Under the pieces are notes generated by a model. That model was not told the origin of the DNA. It saw nothing but the letters and a program-made list of their open reading frames with translations, and searched no databases. Below are positions 49,811 to 63,680 of a stretch of DNA of 64,000 bases, piece by piece. A program made the translations under genes and the position numbers. The stretch spans positions 31,560,001 through 31,624,000 of the forward strand of contig CM052818.1 in the NCBI GenBank assembly GCA_028534125.1, written 5' to 3'. Source of the stretch: Lama glama (taxonomy: Eukaryota). How positions within the stretch are numbered: position 1 is the first letter of the stretch; each line of letters starts with the position of its first letter.

Positions 49811-52787
49811 GTGCCTTGTGCGTAGGATTTGGAAGCTTCTCAAAGGCTAGATGTGACCTGTCGTCTACTTCTCCAAAGGCGAAGCCAATGTTTGGAGAGC
49901 TGGTTTCCAGGCTGGACTTTCTGGGGCACTTAGAGGACAGTGCCTGAGTTAGGCCCTTGGTGAGCAGAACTGATGCCTTCTGCCATCTCTCCCCAGTAAC
50001 AATCCCTGGCAAGGCCTGGCATGAAAGACTGTCTCACCACTTTCACTTAGCAACAGCCCTGCATTACATTTTTGTGATTATCGCTTTGTGAAATTTTCAA
50101 AATTCAGAAAGCTGCTCCTACCACTCACAGACACACAGACACACAGACACACATACATCCCTTAGTGTCAAAATGGCCTCATTCTGGAGAAGAGGATGGG
50201 AAGTAAGGCCTTCACCAGCAGATATCCAGCCTCCGGAAAAATTCCCTACTTTGGAGAACATTGAGGTAATTATCTTATGCTCCTCTTGGAGAAAATTCGT
50301 TTTAATGCCCATTTTAGCTAAATTTCATTTCCATCAGTAAGATGGAGTTGAAAGTAAGCCTTGGGTTGGGACCCCAAATCTACACTTTCTGTTTCCCTTC
50401 TGGGTCCCCATGACACATTTATTCATTTGAAAATATGGGAATCATGGGGCCAAACCTTGATGCAACCATAATGAGTACACCACTCTTCAATCATAATACT
50501 TTATATAGTGTCTTGCAGGTTTCCAAGGCATTTCTATTATCTCAACTTTCAAAAGAATGTAGAAAGATTACCATAGCACAACGTACAGTCCCCAGTTTAC
50601 AAATGTGGCAACCGAGGCGGAAATAAATGAAAGGGCTTCCCAGGATCACACAGCCACTGTGCTGCATTGCTCTGGATCACGCATTTCCTTCATCTCTCTA
50701 AAGACACAAGTTATTTTAACCTGCAGACTGATCATTTCTTCCCAATATCCCATGAGATAGGTTTCTATCCCTACTGCCTTTGAGTAAATGAAGAAGCAGA
50801 AACACAAGCAAATGAAGTTGCATAGAACTCAAGAGCTTAAAGAGCCCTTCCAAATCACCAAATCCAGTCTCCTCATTTTACAGGTGAGAAGACATCTAAG
50901 AGATTAAGTGGCATGTCCAAGGTCGCCAGGATATTAAATGGTATAGATGGAACCTGAACAAGGCCTTCAGATGGCTGGTCAAATGTTCTTTCCACTGCAA
51001 ACCTACGCCCTGCACTGCACTTGCCAGGAAGTCAACAGCAGAGGTCAAACATGGGATCTGGTCTCTTGAAACCCCCTCAGTCCACCACCAACAGTTACTG
51101 AGCATCTACTAAGTGCAGACCAGGGAACTAGACACCCTTCTGTATTTCCTTCTCCTACCTTTGCAGGAACTAGAGAGCTGAATTGCAATTCTGCTTCAAT
51201 AAAAATCCAAGGGTAATCAGAACTTCCGTGCTTTCCAATGTTATATCAATCCAGTTTCCCAGCTCCTTCTCTCTCTCAACTGAAATAAGAATTTTAAAAA
51301 AGAATAAAAGTACCGAGTTTTATATCTTATTAGCATTAGCTCAAGCATCACTGTGTCACACACTCAGGACATGTAGCTAATTATTCATGGAGTAGAAAAA
51401 GTCTCCAATTACATTCATTTAGTAACATATTCCCACACTTTATTCCTCTTCTGGCTTTGCAAAAAGGCAGTATTGCTTGTAATTCACCTAGTGGTGAAGC
51501 TGGACCTTGGGTTAGCTAAAAGGAACTTCACAAAGTAAGCTTGCTGAGGTACGCTCCTATCTGTTAGAACATTTATGTCTTGCAAACAACTTTAAGACAG
51601 AGGCACTGTTGCCCCATTTTATAGCTGAAAAAGGAGAGGCTTTGAGAGGTTAAGTAATCTGACTCTGAAATGGCTCAACTAAAATTTGATTCTGGGGCTT
51701 GTTAGTTCTAAAGCCTATGTTTTCTCCACAATATGACATTTATCCTGGCCTCTGTGGTTTTGTTTGTTTGTCTTAACAGCTAATCCATAAACTGAATACA
51801 AAAGTGTTGATTCCAACAGCAAAGATCAGGACTATTTTGTGTCCATCCAGTGGGGTAGGGCTGGCAGAATAAACAAATTTCCCACCCTGGGAATCTGGGA
51901 ATGTCTCAAAGGTGTCAGTCAAAGGCTTGGGTTTAAAAAAATAGTGAGTGGGAGAAGGGGAGTTTCTAGCCAATTTTTCGGTGAAACTCATTTGAGTATA
52001 TAAGAAATCTGAAAGGCAAGAATGTGTGTGGGTTGATGTGAGGATGAAATGAGATAATGTTATGAAAACACTTGGTAAGTTGGAAAGCACTGAACAGACG
52101 CACAGCTTGTTTTTAAGGTGTGTGGGGAGAGAGGAGGTTCAGCAGACGTGATTGCATCGGCCTCAGTTTTTCACTTATTTCAACCACAGACTGCCCCATT
52201 TTCCCCTGGAGCCCCTTGACTGAAGTTTCCAGCTTCTGGGGGAGGGGGGCAGACACCAGAGGCAAGCAGTGAAGCTCTGCCTGGTGGGCACTGCTGTGGT
52301 CCCAGTGTCCCAGCAGCTCCCCTCACACGCTATGAGTTCTTCCCAGCAAGGATTAAGCTGCATTCTGGATACATGATGAATGAGCGGGCCTGAGAGCATG
52401 GACACACTTTCCCACCTTGACCATTATGGAATTAGCAGTCCCCCACACAAAGCAACCCGAACCCACCAGACAGAACCCTCCAGCCTTCCACTGACTTTGC
52501 TGTAAGTCCCCAGGCAAGTTGTGTGACCTCTCTGTCTCAGATTCCTAAAGCAATAAAAGCAGGCAATAGATGTCTCTTTTTCACTCTTGGAGTGCTAAGA
52601 AGGCTGAGAGAAATTGCTTCTATAAATGCTCAAAAGGGAAGTGCTTTGCAGCCCATCACCAGGGCTCTGTAGCCAATAAAGCCCGTGGGTACTCTTGCGC
52701 TGTGCCATCTCACAAGGAGCCTCCATCGTTCTCCAACATGCTCACCCCCTGGGATCTGGCAGCCCGTGAACTCTTGCTTTCCCAAAT

Positions 52788-52860
52788 ATCAAAGAGATTC
52801 AGCCCTGGCTTACTCTTTATTTCTACCAAGGGGCCTTTGAACCAAAGGGATTTTTCAAAG
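52788..52860. promoter_or_regulatory. TCF/LEF motif cluster (candidate Wnt-responsive enhancer)
   Basis: ATCAAAG 52788-52794, CTTTGAA 52835-52841 and TTCAAAG 52854-52860, all in non-repetitive sequence. Confidence 0.55.
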
Positions 52861-53989
52861 AAAGAAAACTCTATGGAACCTTTACAGTCCAGGCTCTTAA
52901 AAGAAAACACTAAAACTGGAACCAGTTCAAGGCCCTCGTGTCCAATTAAGGAAACACTCACATTCCTGTCCTGGCTCCGGCCCTAGCGTGCTTTCTCTCT
53001 TTCCACATCTACCCAGGAATGCACTTTAACAGCCAGAAAAGAGGTTACTATCACCAGGACACAGATCATATAGCAGAGGGCTCCTCGGGGTGGGCTCCAG
53101 CAGGCTGATACCTTCCTTGAATTAGACAAAGAGCATGGACCACAGAACAATCTAAATTCCCTTCATATCACCCTAACACGTCACCTCCCCCCATTTCACC
53201 CACAGCTCTGGACCAGAGAAACTCCATGATACCTGTGGGGTTAGGAAAACAGAGAAAAACACTTACAATAGTTTCTTGTGAAGAAAAGCACTTTCAGTTT
53301 TCTTTTCAAATATACAGGATGTCAGCTAGCTTCCTCCAGGGACAGCTGCGTCTGTCCCTGTTGATTTCACACCCACCGCTCCTCCTTGGAGGAACGAGCA
53401 GTGAATTATGCACAGGGAGCAGCGCCTTCTGAATGCTTCTGCCAACTCTGTAACCCGAGTTAACGCCAGCTTACTGGAGTCCCCAGTGTACTTCACACCC
53501 ACGTGGAGCCTGGCCTTAGGATCACATAGCTGGGTCTATATTACACCTTCTTGACCTTTCAATAAAAGTTTTACCAACAGGTATTCAGCACCTACCATGT
53601 GCCAGGTGGTGGAGTTCCAAGGAATTGCTTTAGGAGATCTTTAGTTCTCTCCCATCTCCATCACCCTCAAAACCATCCCAAATAGACACACACACACACT
53701 ACGTGATCACAGGGGTTCTGCCAGGCCAACACAGCTCTGAGACAAATCACTAAATTGCTTTAGTGCACCCCTAAATAATTATAAAGCCGAATAAAAACAG
53801 CATATATGCTATGTAAGTGCAGTTTCCATATAAGACCCCTAGCCTCTACCCTTCCTACCAGATTTTCTACCCCCAAGTTCCTTTTATCAAGAAATCAGAA
53901 GCTGCCTCTGATGCTTGTCATGGTGTCTATCACTAGGGAGATTGGGAGAACCAGACCATCTGATACCTGCTGTGACAGAAATGTGTGCA

Positions 53990-54165
53990 TGGGTAGGGGG
54001 ATGTCCTGATTTGTCTTGGGGAGCCAGTGCTGACCACCCAAATCTAAGCTCTTTAAGAGGTAGGACTGAGTCTGTTTGGTTTACTGCTGTACCATCACCA
54101 CCCAGAAGGGTGCCTGGCACAGAATAGGCATGCAAGAAATATTTGTTGAATGAATGAATGAATGT
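53990..54165 (+). mobile_element. L2 3' terminus
   Basis: gtgcctggcacagaataggcatgcaagaaatatttgttgaatgaatgaatgaatg. Confidence 0.85.
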
Positions 54166-57100
54166 TATCAGGAAAAGCTACGAAAGGATGCTACTGAGCT
54201 GGCCTCAAAGGATGGGTAAAAGCCAGAGAAGGACAGTCTTAGCAACCGGAACAGCATAAGCAAAGGCGGTGGGCGGGGGCAGTGAGAAAGTGCCAGGATG
54301 GGCTGGGAACTAGCAGTGAGCAGAAGAATTCGGATCTGGTGGAGGGGCACTGCAGGCCCCTAGGGCTCCGCATCTGCCTGTGGAATGGAATGCTTGTTTG
54401 TTAGGAAAAGGCCTTGTGCTCTGCAGGATGGACTGAGCTCCGAATTTCTGGCAGGAAAAAAGTCTGTCACTTCTTAGCCAAACCAATCCCATTTTCCTCG
54501 CCTCTACGTTATTTTGAGTTAATATCAGCACTTCTCCTCCAGTTGGGTGGGGCCTCAGCAGAAGTGTTAAGTAGGTCAGATAGAGTTTACATGAATTGCT
54601 TCTTCTGAGACTTCCCCTTTCCATCTTCTCTTGTTTCACACCTCTCTTTGACCACCTCCGGGCACCCACTGATCGCAAGAAACCCACGCTCCCTCCTCTA
54701 TAACAGCTTTCCAAACTCCAAAGCCACCCTTTTCTTTTCTGCTGCAACGTCCATCCTTCAGCTCCTTAAATCTCAGGCAGCTGTCAGACAAGCAAACTTG
54801 ATCTGCCAAATAAATTCACACTATGGTGAGAATGACATGCTCACAGTACCTCCAGGGCCTCCGTCTAATACGGCCATTTCTGGCAGGGTAAGTGGGTAAG
54901 AGGGAAGATCTCTGAGTCCCAGAGGTTGGATGATGGTTGGCAGTAGGGGTCTGAGGGGAAACCATGCTGTGAGAAGACAGAGAAGGAAGTGAACCCCTCA
55001 GAAGTGCTGGGTGGATGCCACCAAGGGTATACATATAAAATGACTTCCCTAGTCGGTCACAGCCCTTCTGGAGGGATCTGATTGGAATCCTCCAGCGCTA
55101 ATCTGACAACAGCACTGTAGCAGACTAACTCCACTGATCAATGGGGAGGGGTAAAAACAAGTCTGGGCAGACTATTTTCTTCCTTTCTTTTTACTAAGAA
55201 GGGACAGAGCTTCAGACCAAAGGGGACTTCTCCAAGTGGACTCCAGGCACTCAGGGCCCCTGCCCAAGCCCAGGCTAGGCCAAGAAGCTCAGGTGTGCAC
55301 CAGGAGAGGTGGTTCTGACATCCCTGCTGAAGTCCTGCACCAGCCTGAACAAAGCTGGTGACAGGTGGTGATGGAGAGAAAGGCCTTTTCACATGCTCGA
55401 TGAGGGCCTGAGGCGACAGAGGCTTCCACAAAGGGTTTCTAAGCCTAGTGAATAAACAGTGTGGCACATTTGGGCTCCAACAGAGCTGGACACAGTACTG
55501 CTCACCAGCTGCTGAGGACGATGGGGCAGCTGGCCGCCCACATCTCCCACCCCGACATCTGAAGCCTGAACCACTGCTGGAATCTTGCCTTGAACCCCCA
55601 GCCACCCTCTGAGTGAACATCTGGCCATCTTGCTCCTCCTCACCCAGGCCTCCTCTTAGGAAATGAAAACTGGAAAGAGGGAAGGAGACCCTCCCTAGGC
55701 TCTTTCCTAACTTCACTCTTTAATGCCTCTGATGTTACTATTGAAAAATTCTAGACCATTAGGCATGTTTTAGTCTTTCTGGAGGCTAGGGTAGGGGCGG
55801 GGGTGGGCGTTCCCCAGCCCTAACCATGTGCTTTTATTTATGTAGGGGTGGCATCTCTGAGACCCTAATCTTCCACAATGCTTACTTATTTTGCCATTTA
55901 AAAAGAAAATAGAAAGACTAATGAATTATACATCAGATATGATGTTGTCTGACCTTCTGAATAAGAGAATGAACAGGTCTCTTCAATTGTCTAGCCTCAG
56001 TTTGCTCATCTGTAAGATGGGCCTGATAGTCCCTGCCCTCCGCTAGTCACACATGATGGAGCAGTAACAGCAAACACTCAACTTCCTTGGCAAAGAAGTG
56101 TGGTGTTAAATTATCCTCTACTGGATATACGTGGAGATGAACAGTAAAAAGATGGGAAAGTGAAACCTGCATCAATTATTTCATTTTGTTGCTTGTTAAC
56201 GGGAAAACATAGCAAAGGCAACAACTCTTTTCTTTTCTGAGCAAGAGAGGCTAAGCCAGTTCTCTTAGGAGAGAATGATACCAAATACAGTGGTTGATAA
56301 CCCATGCCTCCCTCTTCCCAGCAAATTCCTTGGATTGTGTGCACCGAGGACATGGTGTCCCACCTTCACAGCACTCCTTTTGGCACATGGGCACACAGGC
56401 AGATGAAAGTTGTTTGTTCAACAAGGAACATTAAGACGTACCCTGGTATTGAGTGCCAGCAAGTCACCCCATTCTTCTTTTGTCCTTGGGACCTCCACAT
56501 GTCCACACAAACATGTACACTTATGTGCCAGGGGCACCTCGGCAGTTAAACAAATGCTCTGTTTTCTGGGTCTAAGCTAGGGAAATAATGCTGATCTCAA
56601 TCCAAATAGAAATAGAAACTTCTCATCCAATTCACGGTGTTTTATCACCTTTGTTTATGTCTGAGTATTTGTCACAGGCAGCAACAAATACCTCCCCGTG
56701 ACTTCAGGGGAAACAGGTGTGAGGGCTGGTGTGATTCCAAGGTATCTTGCATTCTCTTCCTTCTGCAGAGTGATGATGCAGCGGGGGCCATCATTGTGAC
56801 AGGGATCCACTGGGGGATGACAATCTGATAGTTGGAAAGGAGGGGCGGACTGGAGAAAGGGAGGTCAGAAAGGGAGCTGCCATGATGGCCAAAGAGGGAG
56901 GTTGTGTCAGTGGGGGATGCAGACGATGAGGGGAGAGGCCACAGATGGAGGCTTCAGAACTCAGTAACTGTTTGGATGTGGGAGCAGAAGGGGGAGGGAA
57001 CTGGAAAAGACTTGGAGTCCTTGAGCTTGAGTGACTGGAAAACTGTCACTTTCTGCTGGAAAAGCAAAGTTTAGAAGGGGCTGGTTTGGGGAGAAGAGGG

Positions 57101-57299
57101 TCATGTCCGTTTTAGACCAGGGAGTGGGGGGCGTCCACGTGATGACTGCCCAGTGAGTTGCAGCTGTGTTGAGCTGCAGCACATGAAAAGTGTTGTCATA
57201 TCACCCACACCAGTTGTTTCTCTCCTTCTGGGGTCCATGGTGGCTAAGACTTCTGTTCTAAAGGTCAAGTGCCTGGCAGGTCTCTGTGCCATGGGTGCT

Positions 57300-57700
57300 T
57301 CGACCCTGGTGCAGATTAGGTTCTTCAAAGGCAGCTGTGGAGACAGGGTTTGGGACTAGCACCGATGAAAGGAAGGAGAAGAGCAGGCTTGGGCTGAAAA
57401 AGAAGTCTAAAGGTGATGATAGTGATGCAGGCTCAACACACCTCTGCCAAACCTACGGGGAGCTTTGGGTAAAGACTACCTACCAGAGTGTTCTGCACTG
57501 GGACAAAATGCCTGGACCTTTGTTCCCCTGCGTCAGCGGTGTGGGCTGTCCTGAGGAAGGCATGATCTTAGGTGAAGAGGCTCTCTTCAGCCAAGGCTGA
57601 CCTTGCAGGAGCTGGCAGCTGGAGGCAGTGTCCTGACCCCCTCACCGCAGCTGGCAGCGTGGCCTCCTCTGAAAGGGGGTCCAGGCAGCACATTTCCATT
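57300..57700. mobile_element. Probable ancient ERV-type LTR remnant (family uncertain)
   Basis: General resemblance to old ERVL-class LTRs; not verified. Confidence 0.35.
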
Positions 57701-59849
57701 TCTCCCACAGACCCCAAAGCTTGCATCCCTGCTCTACTACCTCACTTTGGTGTGCTGTGCATTGCAGAGGACACAGCTGGGGGGATTCTCAGAGAAGGGA
57801 CAGGTTAGATGCCACCCATCTTCTCTGTTTTGCAGGCAACAGAACTAAGGCCCAGGGAGAAGAGTTGACTTTTCTCAACTCTGATATCAGAGAGCAGAAC
57901 TCGGTCCTCTGGCTCCTCGGCCTGTGCTTGCCCAGGAAAAGAAACTGCTCTGTGCCCAGCAAGTCACGCTGAGAAGACCGCTGCCCAGCTCGCGGACGGG
58001 CTGCATGTCACATCACCCATCTTCACCATCATTGTCTGTAGATTTGCTGGAAGCACTAGGGACTCACACTCCAAAGCACTTGAGTGAGGTGGGCACGAGA
58101 CCTGGAGAGCAAACTGAACTCAGATTCCCAGAGAGGCAGGCCTGGGGAGTGCTTAGAAATCGAGCAGTCAGATTCCCAAAGCAGTTCCTTGCCTCTGATT
58201 TTTATAGTGGGATTGAGCCAGCTCAGTGGGGTCACTCTGGAGTCAGTCACAATTGCTCTCAGTGGACTAGGCCCTGGCCGGCCACTGGCCTGCACTGAGC
58301 ACAGTACAGGGAACGTCCCCAAGAAGCAACCTGTGGGGCTTCCCGTGGAGCTGGTATGAGGACACTCAATGACGTTCCACTGAGTCATCTGATTCTCCCT
58401 CGTGAAGCCCCATGGGGGCCTCAGCATCAGACACAGCTGTGCTTCTCTGAAGCAGGTGCTTAATTTTTTACAGCATAGGAGCAGTGAGTGCTGCACAAGC
58501 TTTCCTTGCACTTTGCCTTGTAGGTTAGGAAGTGAGAGTTTCATTTAAAGGTACCTTAGTCCAAGTGCATGGGACCTTACAGTAGTTGAAGAGGTATCGA
58601 CCGCACGAGGCTTAATCTTCTTCTACCTTTTTTTTCCCTCCTCCCATAGTCTCTCCTCTTATTTTTAACTTTATTTTATGTGGTTTCCATAAAATCCCTC
58701 AAATACTTTCTAGGATGATATAATATGTAAATAAAAAAAATTAAATACGACGTCTTTGGAGGCCTTCAATTTGTCCAGAACTTGCTGCTCTGTGTATTTT
58801 CTTCTGCGTAACAGCTTCCCAGGGATGGAGCTGTGAACCTCCAGGAGGGCCTGAACCTGACCTCCCCCACCCTGCAGTACCAATCACAGTTGCATTTGGA
58901 ACCACTATTAATGAGATTCAAATGCTAATGGAGCTCTAGAAGTCCGACTGGAGCTCAGTCTGACTTCCTGAGCGGTTACCAGAACTCAGGTCTTCCAAGG
59001 GTCTGTGGGAGAGTCTCATATTTTTTTTCCCTCTTTGCTTTGTGTGTAGCCCGAAGGAGCCAGTTGGCCGCCTTGCTCCTTGAGATGCAGACGTGATGCA
59101 AGTTCATACCTGGAAGCTGTCTGGGTTCTGCAAGGGCGCATCACAGTTCTTCAAGGTATTTGAATATCTCCAGGTGGGTCAGTCAGTTATAACTGCCTTC
59201 ACTTTGGTATTTCCACAAGCTGGGGCACTTTTTTTTCCCTCCTGCAGTCATGAATGTCCCTTAAGAGGCATTCTTTCCAAGCTGACACATCAAAGCATCT
59301 CCTCCCGGTATTAAGAATCTCAAATCACATGTCCTAGGGGTGAATACATCAGTACCAGAGGAATTTGAAAACCTGACACGTCCACCCTTCTGAGTGACTG
59401 TCTCTACTGAGGCCAAGGCTTACAGGGCCAAATGTTCACCCTAGGGTTCCTGAATTCTTGTGCTTGGCCCTGATGATTCTGTACAAAAGGAATTACTCAT
59501 TCTCAGGTGTCAAAAGGACCGATCAGCACAAGCAGACAACTCCCAGCCCCACCATGGGGTGTTTATTATCCTTTGGGTAATTTCAGATTGCTGGGAAGGG
59601 GAGGGAAGGCAGCAATGAAACTCTTGGAAATGACACTTACATAGCAGGAATTAACCTCTCTTAACCTCAATTTCCTTACCTGCCAAGGAAGGGGCAGGGA
59701 TAACAACGCCCACTAACAAAGCTGGTACGAAGAGTTAAAGGGCTAGCTGAGAGAAAACAGCTGGTGCAGCACCTGTCACAGAGTCCAACGGAGCTCCTTA
59801 AACGGTAACTCTCTCGATTGTGTAAAATGCACAGTCATCTGAACATTAA

Positions 59850-60018
59850 GACTTTGCTAGCTCACAGTGTGATCTGGAGACCAACACCACCAGCATCACC
59901 TGGCAGCTTATTAGAAATATGATTTCTCAGCCCTGCCCCAACCTGCTGAATCAGAAGCTACATTTCAACGAGAGCCCCCAGGTGACCAGATGCACCAGAT
60001 GCAGTTTGAGAAACACTG
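59850..60018. mobile_element. MER5A-type element
   Basis: cagcatcacctggcagcttattagaaat...cctgctgaatcagaagc...agtttgagaaacactg. Confidence 0.75.
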
Positions 60019-61281
60019 AATTAAGGGACGTCCGTTTCACCTTTGAATCTAGTGGGTGTGATGGCATTTCTCTTGGCAACCAGACAGTAAATGACAGTCA
60101 GTAAATGAGTCGGTCAGTCAAGTGTAGGCAATATTTACTTATAACATCCTGCTCGGGGCCAGGCTAGTTCTGCAGTGGCTCCGGGCAGCACATGGCCTGC
60201 TCTGCTCACCTGCTGTGGTCACCTGCTTAGTGGCCAAGGCTTCGGAGAGTTCGAGGGCTCCTTGTTTACTGGGCAAGCACAGATAAGGTTTCTCACAGCC
60301 CCACCTGAGCTCCCGTGCCAAGGTAAACTTGCTCTCCAGAATCGCTCCCTGACTGGAAAATGTGTCAGCCTATTTATTTCTCACTCCCACTGGAAAAAAG
60401 GTGGGGTGGGGGGAGTGGTTGGTCATGATGTCATTCTTTCCACGGAACTTCTCAAAGGCATCGCATTTCACGGCGACTTCCAAGCACCGCTTGTGTTTCG
60501 CTGCACGGTGCAGAACAGAACTGGCCAGAGCACAAGTTTCTCTTCCTTCTCCCAGCACTCTGCCCCCACCTCTTTCTGGGGTTTTTACTCCTTGAGGGTT
60601 TTGCAGGCTGCCCTGAAAGGGAACCTGGAAGTCACCAGATGTGGGAAAGTTTTCTTCGCATTTCTCAGAGAGGTGACCTGCATCTGGGGAAACAGTTGCT
60701 GGCTGGTGAGGATGGAGGGCAGATGTTGGCTCTAAGGGGGTAGGGAAGGGACTCCTTGGGGGCAAGCCTAGTGCTTTCAGAGAATTAGGAACAAAGGGTG
60801 AAACAATTTTTCTAAAACCATACAAAGAGTTGGGACCATTGCATTCATCACAATTCTTGTTTACATTTCTCTGGAGAAGAACTGCGACTTTCTAACTGGG
60901 TTTCTGGCTCCCACAAGCTGAGGAGAGATGCTGGAGGCTAACAGATAGCAATTAGAGGAAATCTGGACTCATGCTAGGAGTGCAAGCCCATCATTCTTTC
61001 CCCTTACCAAGATATCAAGATCTCCTGTCATTCAACACTGCTTCCATCCCAAGTTCAAAGTACTTACTAAGAAAACAAGAATTAGTAAAATAAGAGGCCT
61101 TATTCAGACCAGTAAAGGTAAAGTGCCATGAACTGAGAAATATGATTAATCCAGTCCAATTTAAAAACTATTTTTGTATTTGTAACACATAATACAAATA
61201 TAAAAATATATTTATAATATTTCAACATGTAGATAAAATCAGAGATTAATATAGTGAACCCCAGTGGACACAATTCCTAGC

Positions 61282-61630
61282 TGTATCAGTCAGGACAGAG
61301 TTGGTTGTGCTTTGGTAACAAACACCCCCTGAAAGCAACAAAGGTTGATTTCTCACTCATCCACCTGTCCTCTACAGGTTACCTGGAGATGTCATATCTC
61401 CTTAGGGCCTGGGAAGGAGAGAAGTTTTGTCTCTGGGCTGCCATGTTAGCCAACACTTTTGTGTACTGGCTCATGAGGCCAGAAATGTAAGTCCCTTCCA
61501 CTCCATTTTTTTGGCCAAAGTCTTCAGGTCAATCCTAACTTCAAAGCAAATTGAAAATGCAATCCTACCATGGGCCTGGAAGGCAGAGAGCCAGAAATAT
61601 TTGATGGGTAGCACTAATGATGGCCACATC
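61282..61630. mobile_element. MLT1-family LTR remnant
   Basis: tgtatcagtcagga...gtaacaaacacccc...attttttggccaaag...cactaatgatggccaca. Confidence 0.6.
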
Positions 61631-61649
61631 AACTTTAGCAAATATTAGC

Positions 61650-63140
61650 ATATTGTCTTATTTGCTTCAAGTCTTCCTACTTTAAAGAAAGTAAATATTA
61701 GAGATACAATTGAGTTTCCCTCTGTACTCCTCCCCGCCCCATTCTCCTCCCTCATTTCCCAGAGCAAAGCACTGTTTTGAATTCAGTGTTAATCATCCTT
61801 GTGCATGTTTTTATATTTTTTACTATATTTATTGCATTTTTATATATTCATAAACATTATAAAGTATTATTATGCTGTGCCAGCTTTTCAACTATATGTG
61901 TGTGTATACATAACCATAATCTTCTGCAATGTGCATTTTTCCCCTAGCATTTACAATTATGAGATTTTTATCTATGCTGACACATACTGTATTGTATTCC
62001 ACTGCATAGTTATAACTCAATTTAGTCATTCACTCTCTTGTTGATGAACATTTAGGTTGTTTCCATGCTGTAGCAAACATCTTAATACATGTCTCCTTGT
62101 GCACACAAACAAAGCCATATGCCTAGGGTGGAATTTCTGGACATGACCACCTACAACTTTACTAGTAACTGCCAACTTGCTCTCCAAAGTACTTGTTTCA
62201 ATTTATAATCCCACTAGCAGTGAATGAGACTCCATGATTTAATAGATCTTTGCCAGCACTTGGCATTGGATGACATAAATTTTTGCTGATCTAGTGAGTG
62301 TGTATAGTATTACATTATTGTTTTAATTTGTATTTCTTTGATTAATAGTGAGAGCAAGCATCTTTCTGTATTTTTATTGATCTCCCAGGGTTTCTCTTCT
62401 ATAAATCAATAGTTTCTATTCTTTGCCCATTTCCCCCCGTGTGTTGTTTATCTTTTTCTAATTAATTTAAAAGATTTCTTTACATGTTACAGTCATTGCA
62501 AATATCTTCTCCGAGGCTATGGCCTGTTCTTCACTTTGCTATAGTGGCCTTTTTTTGTGTGTAGAAGTTAATTTTAATGTCGTCAAAATTACCCAATTTT
62601 TTTGGTTTCTGTTTATGTGTGTGTATTTTTAAAGAAATCCTTCTTTAAGTCATGAAGAATTTTTTCTATACTTTCATCTTGTATTTTAAAGTTTTACTTT
62701 TTGTTTTCAGTTCTTTAATCTACCTAGGGTTGATCTAGGGTAGAAATCTAATTTTGTATTTTCCATATGGAAAAGTTGCTCCTTAGAGTCATTAAATAGA
62801 TCCACACTGATTTCTAACGTCACCTCCGCCTTGTATTGCTTCCAAGTGTGGGTGGGCCGGTGGCTAGGTTCTCTATTCTGCTCCATTAATCTATCCTTTT
62901 GCCCAAATGATACTGTCTTCATTACTAACTATTTTGATAATAAGTCTTGATATCTGGGAGGGCAAGTTCTTTCACTTTGTACTTTTTCAAAACTGCTTCT
63001 CAGTTATTCTTGGCCCTTTCCTCTTTTGAATCAATTTTGGGTTCAGACTGTCAAGTTCCAAATAAAGCAAAACACCCTATTGGACTTTAATTAACATTCT
63101 ATAGATGAATTTGACACCTTTGTGATTTTGAATGTTCCTA
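61650..63140 (-). mobile_element. Old L1M element, antisense (3' UTR and ORF2 end)
   Basis: ttgatgaacatttaggttgtttcc, tgccaacttgctctccaaag, ttttaatttgtatttctttgatta, ttgcaaatatcttctcc. Confidence 0.8.
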
Positions 63141-63469
63141 TTCATTTTATTTTGTATAACATGCGATTATGATTTTCAAGCCCTCGTTTCCTCCTCTGCT
63201 CCCCTCTCCAGCCTTTCTCACTTTGACGCGAACATTGCTCACTTCCTATTTCTTATTGTAGCTTCAGTATTTTTACTTGTAGTATTTATCTCTTTCAAAG
63301 ATCTCCTAATTCTTCCAACCTTTCCCAGTGTGCAAAGGATAAACCCCAGACACATATTATAATGACAAGGGAGTAATAGAGAGTGTTCCAATAGTCCCCA
63401 GTGAGGAGATATGATGGCATAATTACATATAGGGGGGTGAACAGTAATCTTTGCTAAGTTTCAGGAGAT

Positions 63470-63680
63470 AGTTTGGATAGTGGTAGAGACCAGACTGCTG
63501 AGTTGAATCCCAGCTCTATTTTGGGCAAATTACTTAACCTCACTGTGCCTCAGTTTTCCCTTCTGTAATGTAGGGATGAGAATATTAATTATCTCATAGC
63601 ATTATTGTGAGAAATAAATAATTTAATGCATGTAAAGACAGCACCTGGTATATTGTGTTACCTACTGTTGTCGTTACTAA
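63470..63680 (+). mobile_element. MIR SINE
   Basis: gttgaatcccagctcta...gggcaaattacttaacctcactgtgcctcagtttt. Confidence 0.85.
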
